From Azolla caroliniana (lineage: Eukaryota > Plantae > Polypodiophyta): 64,000 bases of DNA. The notes beneath the pieces were generated by a model that saw only the letters and a list, made by a program, of their open reading frames with translations, was not told the DNA's origin and did not search any database. Of this stretch, positions 14,413 through 27,700 are shown piece by piece (position 1 is the stretch's first letter; every line of letters starts with the position of its first letter). The translations under genes were made by a program, and so were the position numbers. The DNA lies in contig JBHGNT010000030.1 in the NCBI GenBank assembly GCA_043228905.1, positions 186,001 to 250,000 on the forward strand, read 5' to 3'.

Positions 14413-17059
14413 CAGTTAGTTAATGGGTCAATTTTTAATTTTGTAGCTCCTTTTTACCTCCATTTATTTAACACTTTGATTTCTTCCTTTCTTTTTGTTC
14501 TACTCGACGTTTCCCAGGAAAAGTTCGTTCTGCGGGGGGGGGGGCCAATGCCCCCATTATTATTATTTTATACGCTCGCTTATCGAGCACCCCACCCCGT
14601 TTTCCAAATCCTTCGCCTTCTTTACACACCTCGAGGACGCGATTCATAGATTTAATGGAAGTGGTACATGTCCGCGCCCATCGAGAGAATCGTCTCCTTT
14701 AGATACCTAAGCACCTCAAAAAAAAGCATATCACAATCACATAATTATCCCTTGCTGTAAACGCGTTGTCGCTCTCGCCAAACCTTCGTACCGAATCAAA
14801 CCTCCAAAGCTTTCCATTCGCCTTAAAAATACGTGTGTGCCTAACATGGAAAGCTACTCGTGAGAGATGAGTTGTTAGTTAAATGAGTTGGACACGACAA
14901 TTGCTCCTATGCCTCTAATTTGTCTTGTATTTTATGCTAAGCTTGTAACAATTCACCTCTTCATAAAGTTGATGGCGATCCTATTTGGGCTTCTCAAGAG
15001 TTTTATTTCTTCTAGGCATGATTCTGCGTAATGTTGCCTAGGCTTTATTTTCCCTAAGCAATCATTTCATCCCTCCCTAGGTAATCACTTCATTGTTTTA
15101 TTCATCCTAATCATTATATTGGCTTGCTCCAATAATTCTTGTGATCTGCTTAATTGTAGATCATTAAGGTGTCGTAACATTATTGCTAGGTTTTTCTACC
15201 ATTGCAAGTATATCTATGAGTATATCGATGTATTCTTGTCGGAATTTTACAATGTTTGATGTTCATGTGAGCGTTTCCATGCATTGTTGTAGACAACCAA
15301 TGGAACCATTTGATTCTCAATCATTTGTACAAGCCAATTGTAGAATATCAAAACTTTGGATATTTATTAACCCCAAAGTTTTGAGATATATGTGTTAATT
15401 TCCTTCACTTTGTACATGGAACACCACTCCAAGTTCACAATCCCAACAACCTCCTCACAAATTTAACTTATGTCGACCTACTTCTACATATCAAATATGG
15501 ATGTAAGATACGGTCATTACATCCTTGTCATGTGTTGTGATTAGGTTGCAAGTATTAAGGGGTGAATGTATGGTGATGTGAACGTACGACCAATATGTAA
15601 GGTACAAGTTCAATGTATGTGATGTGTAAACACGAGCTACATAATGTCGTTACACAAGGCCATTGTTGTGACATGTGTTGCGTGAGAGACAATACAATAA
15701 AGGGAGGACAAAACAGGGAGACGTTGCTAACTAAAAAAGTCTTAGAATGATAGCAATTAAATTAGAGAATGGGTTTTCAATATGATGGCAAAGGTGCAAA
15801 GATCACAACTCAAGGATTCGTTAGCTTAAGAAAAAAGAAGTGATGCTAGTTAAATTGGGGAACGAGTTTTTGATGTGATGGTAGAGGTGCAAATGCCACG
15901 ACTCTAGGATTAATTAGCGTAACCATGCTAGCGATAGTAGAATGAGAGAGTTCAATTATTGACCATAGTAAAGATGAGAGATTAAGGTATGTATAATGTG
16001 AGAGAAGACATGTGTACCTCTTCCTTGTACGACATCCATGATAGGGGTGTGTGCATATTGTATTTATGCATACGAAAGGACGCTCAAAAGTAAATCAAAC
16101 TTCCTCTACTAAATTCTTTGCATCCTTTTTGCATGTACCCATGGAGTTAGTAATGAGGATGTCACTTTGAATAATGGATTGATTGTAAGAGTTCATGTTG
16201 AGTAGATTCAATGGTTCCATTTTGCACATACGTTGATGGTTTTGGTTGCCAATCCATTGTCAAGAATATCATACCGTAATTCCAACATACTCATGCATGA
16301 TAGGACAAGATGTACGAAAAGTGTATTCAATGAAAATAGTTAATTTGGATATTTATATTAGGGTATAATGAATGAGTCGATGATGACATGTGAATGTTTT
16401 GTGTAAGGAATGGATATGTAGATGAATTGCACATGTATGAGTCAGATATTGATTGTGGTTAACATAATAATAGCATTAAGTATCATGGTCTAACAAATGG
16501 CAAAAAGAAAACCTTGTTTTGATTCAAATGAACTTTCACAAGTTAACGGACATGTCTCATCTCCCTCACTCAATTATATATATTTTTTGCCCTCATTCTA
16601 ATTTCCATACAAGGTGCTTAAGTACCACATATAACATTCTCTTTATTAATCTAAAACCATTTAGATATGAGAACCCACGTGTTGTATATATCACTGATTA
16701 GATTCACTACAATACGTGACTAAAATTTCCATGTTTCAAATATATAAACATGAAAATTTTTCATCTTTGTATAGTTGAACCTTGGAAGAGTACATTGGTA
16801 TGTTCGTATAAACTTCTTCATAAAGAAGTCCCTAGAAAACTAGCAATTGGTGGCTAACCATCGCCAAAATGTCATAGAACTTGAACAAAATTAACTCATA
16901 AAGGGGTGGTACATCATAACCTCCATTGTTCAACTTTGGTAACATGAAGAATGGGCCCAAAGCTTAGGAGAGAAATATGTTTATTTCATTGAGCGAATGT
17001 AGGCAAAGCATGTGATATGATGAATCAAGACTTCATTCGTGTGCCCTTAAAGGTCCAAT

Positions 17060-17375
17060 AACATAGACTTCAACCCAACACATATTTTGGTGGCCCTTAT
17101 CAAAGCTTGTTCGTCACTTGAGGGAGTGTCTCCGAATGTGATAACAATTTCTTTGGATTCCAAGCACACAATTGCATAGAATCCATTGATAAAGCCCAAG
17201 AAATCCATAGTCAACTTGTAAAAATAGGGGTTTTTTTTGGAACCAATGTTGTTGGCAATTCCTTGCTTGATATGGATGCTAAATGTAGATGGGTTGCTGA
17301 AGCTACATGAGTGCTCAACAGTTTTCTAGTTAAAGATGTTGTCTTGTGGACATCACTAATAACAGGATATGCAAT
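17060..17375 (+). pseudogene. PLS-class pentatricopeptide-repeat (PPR) gene fragment
   Basis: Degenerate translation includes LVALIKACS, GVSPNVIT, SIDKAQEIHSQLVKIG and NVVGNSLLDMDAKC..VAEAT*VLNSFLVKDVVLWTSLITGYA, typical PLS PPR motifs, interrupted by a stop and frameshifts. Confidence 0.75.
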
Positions 17376-17479
17376 ATTCATTGTAATAGTGAACTATTTT
17401 GTATATTGCCTCTGGCCACTTTAATTTTAATACCAATGGAGGATATTTTTTATGGGAAAAAAAAAGACTTCAAACCCTA

Positions 17480-17620
17480 AGGAAGTGGATAATGATCCTT
17501 CTAAAAGGATTCAACTCATATGAAATAGCCAGTCACGAATTGTTGGAAGTTATCTATCTTCTTCGGTCTTCGAGACAAGGATGCCCATAACCCATTTTCA
17601 CTTTGACATAGCCATGTACA
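17480..17620 (+). mobile_element. LINE reverse-transcriptase fragment
   Basis: LRSSRQGCP*P resembles the L1 RT motif RQGCPLSP. Short and degraded. Confidence 0.45.
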
Positions 17621-18023
17621 TATTATTGTGGGACAGAAATGATTTGCATATGGCCCTTAACTTGGATAACCATGAAAGCCATTTACAAAAAAGTTGGATG
17701 CACATTGAATGACTTATGTATTGAATCCATGCTAAACTTTTGAGAAATTAAAACCAATTTGTCGGGGAGGTTCAAATTCAACACAAAAAGGTCTAGACTT
17801 TAGGAATGTTCGTACAATGCCATCCAGACCACTTTGATAAACTATATCTATGAAACACATAGAAGAATGAGGCTTCAAGAAATTAGTGAGAAATGAATGC
17901 TTTCAACGACAAAGCCATTTATTTGAGCTACCTCACCATGGGATTATATACATGATTTGTTGTTTCTTCTTGAGAGAAAAGAAGAGAGCATCATCCAATT
18001 TCATGATTTTCTAAGCTTGATCA

Positions 18024-21000
18024 TGTCACGACACAATGACATGAAATACATAGTTGGTGAGGATGGAACCTACAACCTCAAATCAACAAGATGTCATGCT
18101 CAACCATTTTGATATGAGCATGCATTTGTATAACATATAGTAGATTTCAGAATTAGAATATTCTACTCGTTAGTATATTCTTGAAATATTGTACGGTACA
18201 TTCTAGATATATTTCTCGAGTATATTCTAGAAATATTCAATCTTCGAACTTGTATAAATAATTGTAACCTCCTTGGCCCCTTTCAAGGGATTCAACGCCA
18301 TGCATTGACACATCAATCTAGTATTCTCGCTTCACCCCATCTTGTCTCGTTGATGTTTATCATTGTCTTCATTCTATTTTGTCATTCCCAGTGTTTTAAG
18401 TTCCTCACATCGTTCGTGTTCCCGATGAGGACCGCACCTGGTTGCTCACGCCTGTCGGCGTTCCAGTCTCCGGTGTGGACCGCACATGGTCGCTCATGTC
18501 CGTGACCCGTCAGTGTTCCAGTCTCCGGTGACGAGCACACATGGTCGCTCATGTCCGTGACCCGTCGGTGTTCCAGTGTCCGATGAGGACCACACATCGT
18601 CGCTCACCTAGTCTCTGGTGAGGACCACCCATGGTTAGTCACGTCCGTTGGTGTTCGTGTCTCCGGTGAGGACAACACATGGTTTCTCACGCTTGTCGGT
18701 GCTCCAGTTCCCGCTCACCCGTACATCACGCTTTTGAAAAGGCAACCGTAAAGGGGAGGATAATATCATGATATAGTGACATGAAATACATAGTTAGTGA
18801 GGATTGAACCTACAACCTCACATCAACAAGATATCATGCTCAACCATTTTGACATGAGCATGCATTTGTATATCATATAGTAGATTTCATAATCAGAATA
18901 ATCTACTCGTTAGTATATTCTAACAAATATTGTACGATATATTGTTATGTATATTCTAGAGATATTTGTCGAGTATGTTCGAGAGATATTCAATCTTGGA
19001 ACTTGTATAAATACTTGTAACCTCCTTGGCCCCATTCAAGGGATTCAACGCCATGCATTGACACATCAATCTAGTATTCTCGCTTCACCCCATCTTGTCT
19101 CGTTGATGTTTATCATTTTCTTCATTATGTTTTGTCATTCCCAGTGTTTTAAGTTCCTCACATCGTTCGTGTTCCCGATGAGGACCGCACCTGGTCGCTC
19201 ACGCCCGTCGGCATTCCAGTCTCCGGTGTGGACCGCACATGGTCGCTCATGTCCATGACCCGTCAGTGTTCCAGTCTCCGGTGAGGACCACACATGGTCG
19301 CTCGTGTCCGTGACCCGTCGGTGTTCCAGTGTCCGATGAGGACCGCACATCGTCGCTCACCTAGTCTCTGGTGAGGACCACCCATGGTCAGTCACGTCCC
19401 TTGGTGTTCGTGTCTCCGGTGAGGACAACACATGGTTTCTCACGCCCGTCGGTGCTCCAGTTCCCGCTCACCCGTACATCACGCTTTTGAAAAGGCAACC
19501 GTAAAGGGGAGGATAATATCATGATATAGTGACATGAAATACATAGTTAGTGAGGATTGAACCTACAACCTCACATCAACAAGATATCATGCTCAACCAT
19601 TTTGACATGACCATGCATTTGTATATCATATAGTAGATTTCATAATCAGAATATTCTACTCGTTAGTATATTCTAGAAATATTGTACGATATATTCTTAG
19701 GTATATTCTAGGGATATTTGTCGAGTATGTTCTAGAGATATTCAATCTTGGAACTTGTATAAATACTTGTAACCTCCTTGGCCCCATTCAAGGGATTCAA
19801 CGCCATGCATTGACACATCAATCTAGTATTCTCGCTTCACCCCATCTTGTCTCGTTGATGTTTATCATTGTCTTCATTCTGTTTTGTCATTCCCAGTGTT
19901 TTAAGTTCCTCACATCGTTCGTGTTCCCGATGAGGACCGCACCTGGTCGCTCACGCCCGTCGGCGTTCCAGTCTTCGGTGTGGACCGCACATGGTCGCTC
20001 ATGTCCATGACCCGTCAGTGTTCCAGTCTCCGGTGAGGACCGCACATGGTCGCTCATGTCCGTGACCCGTCGGTGTTCCAGTGTCCGATGAGGACAACAC
20101 ATCGTCGCTCACCTAGTCTCTGGTGAGGACCGCCCATGGTTAGTCACGTCCGTTGGTGTTCGTCTCTCCGGTGAGGACAACACATGGTTTCTCACGCCCG
20201 TCGGTGCTCCAGTTCCCGCTCACCCGTACATCACGCTTTTAAAAAGGCAACCGTAAAGGGGAGGATAATATCATGATATAGTGACATGAAATACATAGTT
20301 AGTGAGGATTGAGCCTACAACCTCACATCCACAAGATATTATGCTCAACCATTTTGACATGAGCATGCATTTGTATATCATATAGTAGATTTCATAATCA
20401 GAATAATCTACTCGTTAGTATATTCTAGAAATATTGTACGATATATTGTTACGTATATTCTAGGGATATTTGTTGAGTATGTTCTAGAGATATTCAATCT
20501 TAGAACTTATACAAATACTTGTAACCTCCTTGGCCCCATTCAAGGGATTCAACGCCATGCATTGACACATCAATCTAGTATTCTCGCTTCACCCCATCTT
20601 GTCTCGGTTATCTTTATCATTGTCTTCATTCTGTTTTGTCATTCCCAGTGTTTTAAGTTCCTCACATCGTTCGTGTTCCCGATGAGGACCGCACCTGGTC
20701 GCTCACGCCTGTCGGCGTTCCAGTCTTCGGTGTGGACCGCACATGGTCGCTCATGTCCATGACCCGTCAGTGTTCCAGTCTCCGGTGAGGACCACACATG
20801 GTCGCTCATGTCCGTGACCCGTCGGTGTTCCAGTGTCCGATGAGGACCGCACATCGTCGCTCACCTAGTCTCTGGTGAGGACCACCCATGGTCAGTCACG
20901 TCCATTGGTGTTCGTGTCTCCGGTGAGGACAACACATGGTTTCTCACGCCCATCGGTGCTCCACTTCCCGCTCACCCGTACATCACGCTTTCGAAAAGGC

Positions 21001-22922
21001 AACCGTAAAGGGGAGGATAATATCATGATATAGTAACATGAAATACATAGTTAGTGAGGATTGAACCTACAACCTTACATACACAAGATGTCATGCTCAA
21101 CCATTTTGACATGAGTATGTATTTGTATATCATATAGTAGATTTCATAATCAGAATATTCTACTCGTTAGTATATTCTAGAAATATAGTACGATATATTG
21201 TTAGGTATATTCCAGAGATATTTGTTGAGTATGTTCTAGAGATATTCAATTTTGGAACTTGTATAAATACTTGTAACCTCCTTGGCCCCATTCAAGGGAT
21301 TCAACGCCATGCATTGACACATCAATCTAGTATTCTCGCTTCACCCCATCTTGTCTCGTTGATGTTTATCATTATCTTCATTCTATTTTGTCATTCCCAG
21401 TGTTTTAAGTTCCTCACATCGTTCGTGTTCCCGATGAGGACCGCACCTGGTCGCTCACGCCCGTCGGCGTTCCAGTCTCCGGTGTGGACCGCACATGGTC
21501 GCTCATGTCCATGACTCGTCAGTGTTCTAGTCTCCGGTGACGAGCACACATGGCCGCTCGTGTCCGTGACTCGTCGGTGTTCCAGTGTCCGATGAGGACC
21601 GCACATCGTCGCTCACCTAGTCTCTGGTGAGGACCACCCATGGTCAGTCACGTCCCTTGGTGTTCGTGTCTCCGGTGAGGACAACACATGGTTTCTCACG
21701 CCCGTCGGTGCTCCAGTTCCCGCTCACCCGTACATCACGCTTTCGAAAAGGCAACCGTAAAGGGGAGGATAATATCATGATATAGTGACATGAAATACAT
21801 AGTTAGTGAGGATTGAACCTATAACCTCACATCAACAAGATGTCATGCTCAACCATTTTGACATGAGCATACATTTGTATATCATATAGTAGATTTCATA
21901 ATCAGAATATTCTACTCGTTAGTATATTCTAGAAATATTGTACGATATATTCTTAGGTATATTCTAGAGATATTTGTCGAGTATGTTCTAGAGATATTCA
22001 ATCTTGGAACTTGTATAAATACTTGTAACCTCCTTGACCCCATTCAAGGGATTCAACGCCATGCATTGACACATCAATCTAGTATTCTCGCTTCACCCCA
22101 TCTTGTCTCTTTGATCTTTATCATTGTCTTCATTCTGTTTTGTCATTCCCTGTGTTTTAAATTCCTCACATCGTTCGTGTTCCCGATGAGGACCGCACCT
22201 GGTCGCTCACGCCCATCGGCGTTCCAATCTCCGGTGTGGACCGCACATGGTCGCTCATGTCCATGACCCGTCAGTGTTCCAGTCTCCGGTGAGGACCACA
22301 CATGGTCGCTCATGTCCGTGACCCGTCGGTGTTCCAGTGTCCGATGAGGACCGCGCATCGTCGCTCACCTAGTCTCTGGTGAGGACCACCCATGGTTAGT
22401 CACGTCCGTTGGTGTTCGTCTCTCCGGTGAGGACAACACATGGTTTCTCACGCCCATCGGTGCTCCACTTCCCGCTCACCCGTACATCACGCTTTCGAAA
22501 AGGCAACCATAAAGGGGAGGATAATATCATGATATAGTGACATGAAATACATAGTCAATGAGGATTGAACCTACAACCTCACATCAACAAGATGTCATGC
22601 TCAACCATTTTGACATGAGCATGCATTTGTATATCATATAATAGATTTCATAATCAGAATAATCTACTCGTTAGTATATTCTAGAAATATTGTACGATAT
22701 ATTGTTAGGTATATTCTAGAGATATTTGTCGAGTATGTTCTAGAGATATTCAATCTTGGAACTTGTATAAATACTTGTAACCTCCTTGGCCCCATTCAAG
22801 GTATTCAACGTCATGCATTGACACATCAATCTAGTATTCTCGCTTCACCCCATGTTGTCTCGTTGATCTTTATCGTTGTCTTCATTCTCTTTTGTCATTC
22901 CCAGTGTCTTAATTTCCTCACA
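18024..22922 (+). repeat. Tandem array of ~752-bp units: 7 LTR-like blocks (~390-400 bp) alternating with 6 internal blocks (~354 bp); tandem-array TRIM-like
   Basis: LTR-like blocks start at 18024, 18764, 19517, 20269, 21021, 21773 and 22525. The first starts TGTCA and all end CCTCACA. Each contains TATAAATA (TACAAATA in one copy). Each internal block ends in a polypurine tract AAAGGGGAGGATAA directly before the next LTR-like block. No coding capacity. Confidence 0.9.
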
Positions 22923-22929
22923 TCATTGC

Positions 22930-24720
22930 TCCCAACTTCCCATGTTTCTAGCCTCTTCACTTCTAGTTCGTAGCCCCACCATCCATGCTCCATCCGAGTC
23001 CATGATTGGTGTGTCTGTGACAACTCAATGGAATTCGTTGGTAGAGAAGAGCTAGAGTAAAGTGAGAAATATGTTGTGGGCAAGGGGTCACATGGGAAAT
23101 AGAAGAGGTTACCAATGTCAAATCCTCTATACCCATTGAGAATCATTGGCCCAATATCAAATAAGGAACACAAAGAGAAGTCAAAGCACAATCAGGGTCC
23201 CTATGGATGGTTCTCCTTGAGGTGTCCGTACACATAGAGCCCACAAGTGATCTAAACCAGTGGAAGGATAATTAACTTGAACATCAATTAGGCATGGTGG
23301 AAATCATAATGAGATTGGGGGGAGAGTGATCACAAGACTCTATTCATTTCCAACCTTATGGTCCTCAATGCTCATGTCACAAAGAAAGTAAAAGAAGTTG
23401 GAAGGGCTTTGAGAAAATGTATTAAATAATAGATAAATTTGTGGAATTTTAATTTCAAATTAAGCATTTCAATAGGTATTAAATTCAATTTATTAGTGCA
23501 TTTGGTCCATGGACTAGCAATGGGGAGATGGGTCAATGATCAAGTGTGGATGCAATTCGATGTCCATTATCTAGAGCTCACACTTTGACTGATGTAATAT
23601 ATGGGACCTAGACACATGCTTGTACCAAATTCCCTTCTATGACATTATATCTCTCTCAACATCAATTTTCATGGTCATCACTTGAATCTATGTCATTCAC
23701 ACATTTTTCATTCGTCAATCTAAACAGTAACAACATCCATTCGTAATGTTTGGTTTTGCAATCCAAATTTGATAACACCCCAAACGAGGGTTGATCCTTG
23801 AGAAGAGCTTTGCCCCAACCACTTGCTCCAACAACTAATCAATTAAAGGAAATGGATAATGATGTTTTATGGTGATCTTGTTGAAAGCTATGTAGTCAGT
23901 GCACATGTCAAGCTTTCGTCCTTCTTGACAAATATAGGTAGAGGTCCGAATGAAACAATTCTCTTCAAGGTCTTCCTGTTTTTGTTTTAACTCTTGTGAT
24001 TGGCGGGATCCACCCATTAATGGGCCTTATAGAGTGGCGTTTTACCAAAGACAAGCTCGATCAAGTTATTCGAGGCGGGAGACCTTTGGGAATTTCCTCT
24101 ACCAATACATCCGAGAAGTCTTGTAAAATGGTTGAAAAGATACGTCTCCATCGTAAACTTTGTTTCTAAGTCCTTCTTGGTCTTGGCTAAACAAGTAACA
24201 ATTGTTCCATTGCTCACAATGCTTTCTCAACCACCTTGGCTAAGCAAACCTCAACTTGTATTGATCTTGCCTTTTCCTTCCCTTTTTTCAATGTGGATTT
24301 GACGCAATCCACCATCACATTCTTCCCATCATGATCAAATAGCACTTTGTTGACTCCTTTTCCAAAACACGGTATCAAGAACTTGTCAGCCTATTATTTC
24401 CCCAAGATGACTTTAGACTCTTCAATTGGCACAATAATGAAACTAAGAGGGCCCTTCCATTCCCCCATTTCTACAAAATGTTTATGGTCACCTAAGTTTT
24501 TGCATCACTACCTCGCACAAAATTTACCAAAACCTTGCCTTTCACTATTTCCAACCTTAGTTCAAGCTTTGTGGAATACGATGGTGTTATGAAGTTTTGT
24601 GTGGCCCCACTATCAATCATCAAGTTAGTGTTTTGGTGGTTGATCATCCCTAGGACATAGATGTTTTTTATCATCGACATTGATGATGCATGGTAGTGCA
24701 TGGCTTTGGCCCAAGACTAA
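22930..24720 (-). mobile_element. Highly degraded Ty3/Gypsy (probably chromovirus) internal remnant
   Basis: On the minus strand: protease-like NLMIDSGATQNFI (~24620), RT-like GRKLDMCTDYIAFNKITIKHHYPFPLID (~23900), and a possible chromodomain remnant WWGY...TWE (~22960). Confidence 0.7.
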
Positions 24721-27700
24721 ACTCATGGGTGCAAGCTTCTCCATCTCTCTTCTGAAGGTGTTGTGATGTGGCATGGCCAAAGGTAGAAAAGGAAAAAGGG
24801 AAGGTCCACACACACTCACAAAAAAATATGTAAAAGTAGAAAGATAAAATTAAATAAATAGAAGTGAATGGCCTAGAGGTTAGAGTCACAAACCTTGTGC
24901 TAAAGGCGTAGTGTTTGATATAAATTAAAGACAATTTTTTCTTCTTTCTTTTTTTGAAGAAAGATAGGGAATAAGCGCATTTGGTGTTGAAATCAAGTGC
25001 CTCTTTTCTATATAAAAAGAGGAGAAGAGAGCTTATTTCAAGTCGATTGTAATCTCTGAGAGAGAAAAAACGTGTTGTGCAGAAATAAGAAGCTTTCCAT
25101 TAAAGCTCGTATCTATGTAAGTCTATATCGGCCTTCTCTATCTTCTGTGTGTATGTTGTTTGTTGTTCATAGCCATAGGATCCGAACACACACTTCTGCA
25201 TAAACATCGACATTAACCAACAAGTGGTATCAGAGTTGTGTTTTGTTGTGCGGCGGCAACAAATAACAGAAGAAGAAGCTGAAAGAAAAGACCAAGTTAG
25301 AAACATCAAATCCACAGAAAGAATATGGCTTCAACATCCGGAACAGGAGTTGAAATCAGAAAGTTCGACGGTAAAAACTTTGCCCTGTGGAAAGAGATGA
25401 TGCAGGATGTGCTGATTATCCAAAGACAGGTCGAAGCCATTTGGCATAACGAAAAGCCTACTTCGATGACAACAGAAGAGTGGAGATCAATGGACGAAAT
25501 AGCACGCTCCACCATCCGAATGCATCTGGCTGAAAACGTATCTTTCAGCATGGCAAGAGAGACGACACCATTCTCATTGTGGGAGAAATTACAGGCTGTA
25601 TATGAGAAGAAGTCCTCATCTTCAAAACTGATATTGATCAAACAATTGTTCAACATGAAGATCAAAGAGACCGATGCTGCAACCTCCCACATCAACACCT
25701 TCAGCCGGGTGTTGTAAGAGCTCTCGTCCCAAGGGATCAACTTCAAAGAAGAAGTGAAAGCCCTTGCCCTCCTATCGAGCTTGCCGGTGAGTTGGGAGGT
25801 ATTCTGTATGACATACGCCAATAGCCGACCGATCCTGAATTTGGACGAAACAACCGGCCAAGTCCTCACCGAGGACATCAGACGAAAATCGATGGGACTA
25901 TCCATCGACGAATCGGCAGAAGCCCACCACTCGACTGAGTTGTTCGACCGACAGAGTCGATCGAAAGAACAAGCTGATAGAACCGGTCGACGATATAGTT
26001 GATCGAGAACAAGGGGAGACCGACAACGGTCGAAGTCGAAAACGGGCCGAACAAGCGAGTATTGCACACACTGTAGGAAAGCTGGCCACAATGTTTTTGA
26101 CTGCTGGTCATAAAAAGAAAAGAAAGTGGTCGACGATCCAAGCGGAATCGGGGATGTTCCAACTCGGACCACTCTCCAGTCGGCAACGAGATCAATGTTG
26201 CCAACACCCGATCTAGAGAAATCCTCTCCCTAGAGGATTCGATTATTGGAGAAGTCCTCTACAGTGCACAAGTTGCACACACGTGGCTACTAGACTCTGG
26301 TGCCACATTTCACGTGACCCCCAACGTTGAATGGTTCTCAAACTATTCAGCTGACGCCAACGGCACAGTCCGACTGGGAAACGGGCAAGAGTGCAAGATA
26401 GCCGGAACTGGGGAGGTTCCCATCAAGTTGCCAAATGGCAACACAATAACCCTGCATCGAGTTCGGCACATACCCGATCTAAAGAGGAGTCTGGTCTCCA
26501 TCAACATGTTAGCCGAAGACGGGTATTGAACGACTCTACACGAGTCGACATGGGTGATCAACCGAGGAAACCTCAAAATCGGTAGTGGGCATAAGTATAA
26601 TAATCTATACCCATTGATGGCGATCAACCCTGAAGGGGCCGTGAACATAGCCGAAAAGACCGACCCGAACCTATGGCATGGCCGACTCGGCCATATGTCA
26701 CAAGCCGGACTTGATCGACTGATGTTGGTCGGCTACATCCCGAAACTCCAGGTAAAGACGAACTTCTACGAGCATTGTCGATACGGGAAACAGACCCGAA
26801 GTCTGCACTCTCTTCATTACGAGACGGTACAACAACCCGTAGAGCTCATGCACACAAACATATGTGGGCCCATGCTAGAGCGATCACTAGGAGGCTCTCG
26901 GTACTTCATCACATTCGTAGATGACTGTGCACGGAAAGTTTGGGCATGCTCCATCAAGTCCAAAGATGAAGCGCTTGAGGTCTTCACTCGATGGATATCT
27001 GAAGTGGAGAACTAGTTGGGACACAGAGTGAAGACACTCCGATCCGACAACGGAGGTGAGTACACCTCCAGAGCCTTCAAACAGTACCTGTCCGAAAAAG
27101 GGACCCGACATCAAAAGACCGTTCCTTACACACCCATGCAGAATGGGGTGGCTGAACGGATCAACTGAACGATCCAGGAGGGGGTGATGGCAATGCTCTA
27201 GCAAGCCGGATTGAAGCTGGAATTCGGGGCTGAGGCATTGCAGACGACAGTGTACCTGATAAATTTGGCGCCGTCAAGAGCAATTAGGCTCGAAGTGCCA
27301 CAAGCACTATGGTCAAGCAAACAACCGACCTACAATAGGTCCCGTATATTCGGATGCGAAGTCTACGTGTTCATCCCCAGGGACAAAAGGATGAAGTTCG
27401 CACCCCATGCAACAAAGTGCATATTTCTCGGTTATGGAACCGATAGGAACTTCGGCTACTGATTATGGGACCTTGAGAACCAGAAATTGATCTGGAGCAG
27501 CGACGTAGTCTTCAATGAAGACTCCATCTTCTCTCAACGGAACCAGCAAAAAACAGTGGGCAAGAAGGTATCCTTTGAAGATGACAACGTCATCGTAGAA
27601 AGATCGACCCACCGGGCCGAATTAGAGAGTCAACAAACAGTTGAACTCCAACCAGCTGACACAGAATTGGCAATAAGTCCCAACGTCGAACTTCAAAGAC

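Noticed and set aside
14760-16900. AT-rich region with a ~97-bp imperfect duplication near 15780-15920
   Set aside because: Probably decayed TE sequence, but no diagnostic termini or protein motif could be identified.
18305-22358. Repeated 66-71 aa ORFs in the tandem array
   Set aside because: They are by-products of the repeat unit, with non-ATG starts or no recognisable domain, and they span the LTR/internal boundary.
18410-22520. CRISPR-like appearance of regularly spaced short repeats
   Set aside because: The sequences between the cores are themselves repeated in every unit rather than being unique spacers. The context is eukaryotic and there are no cas genes.
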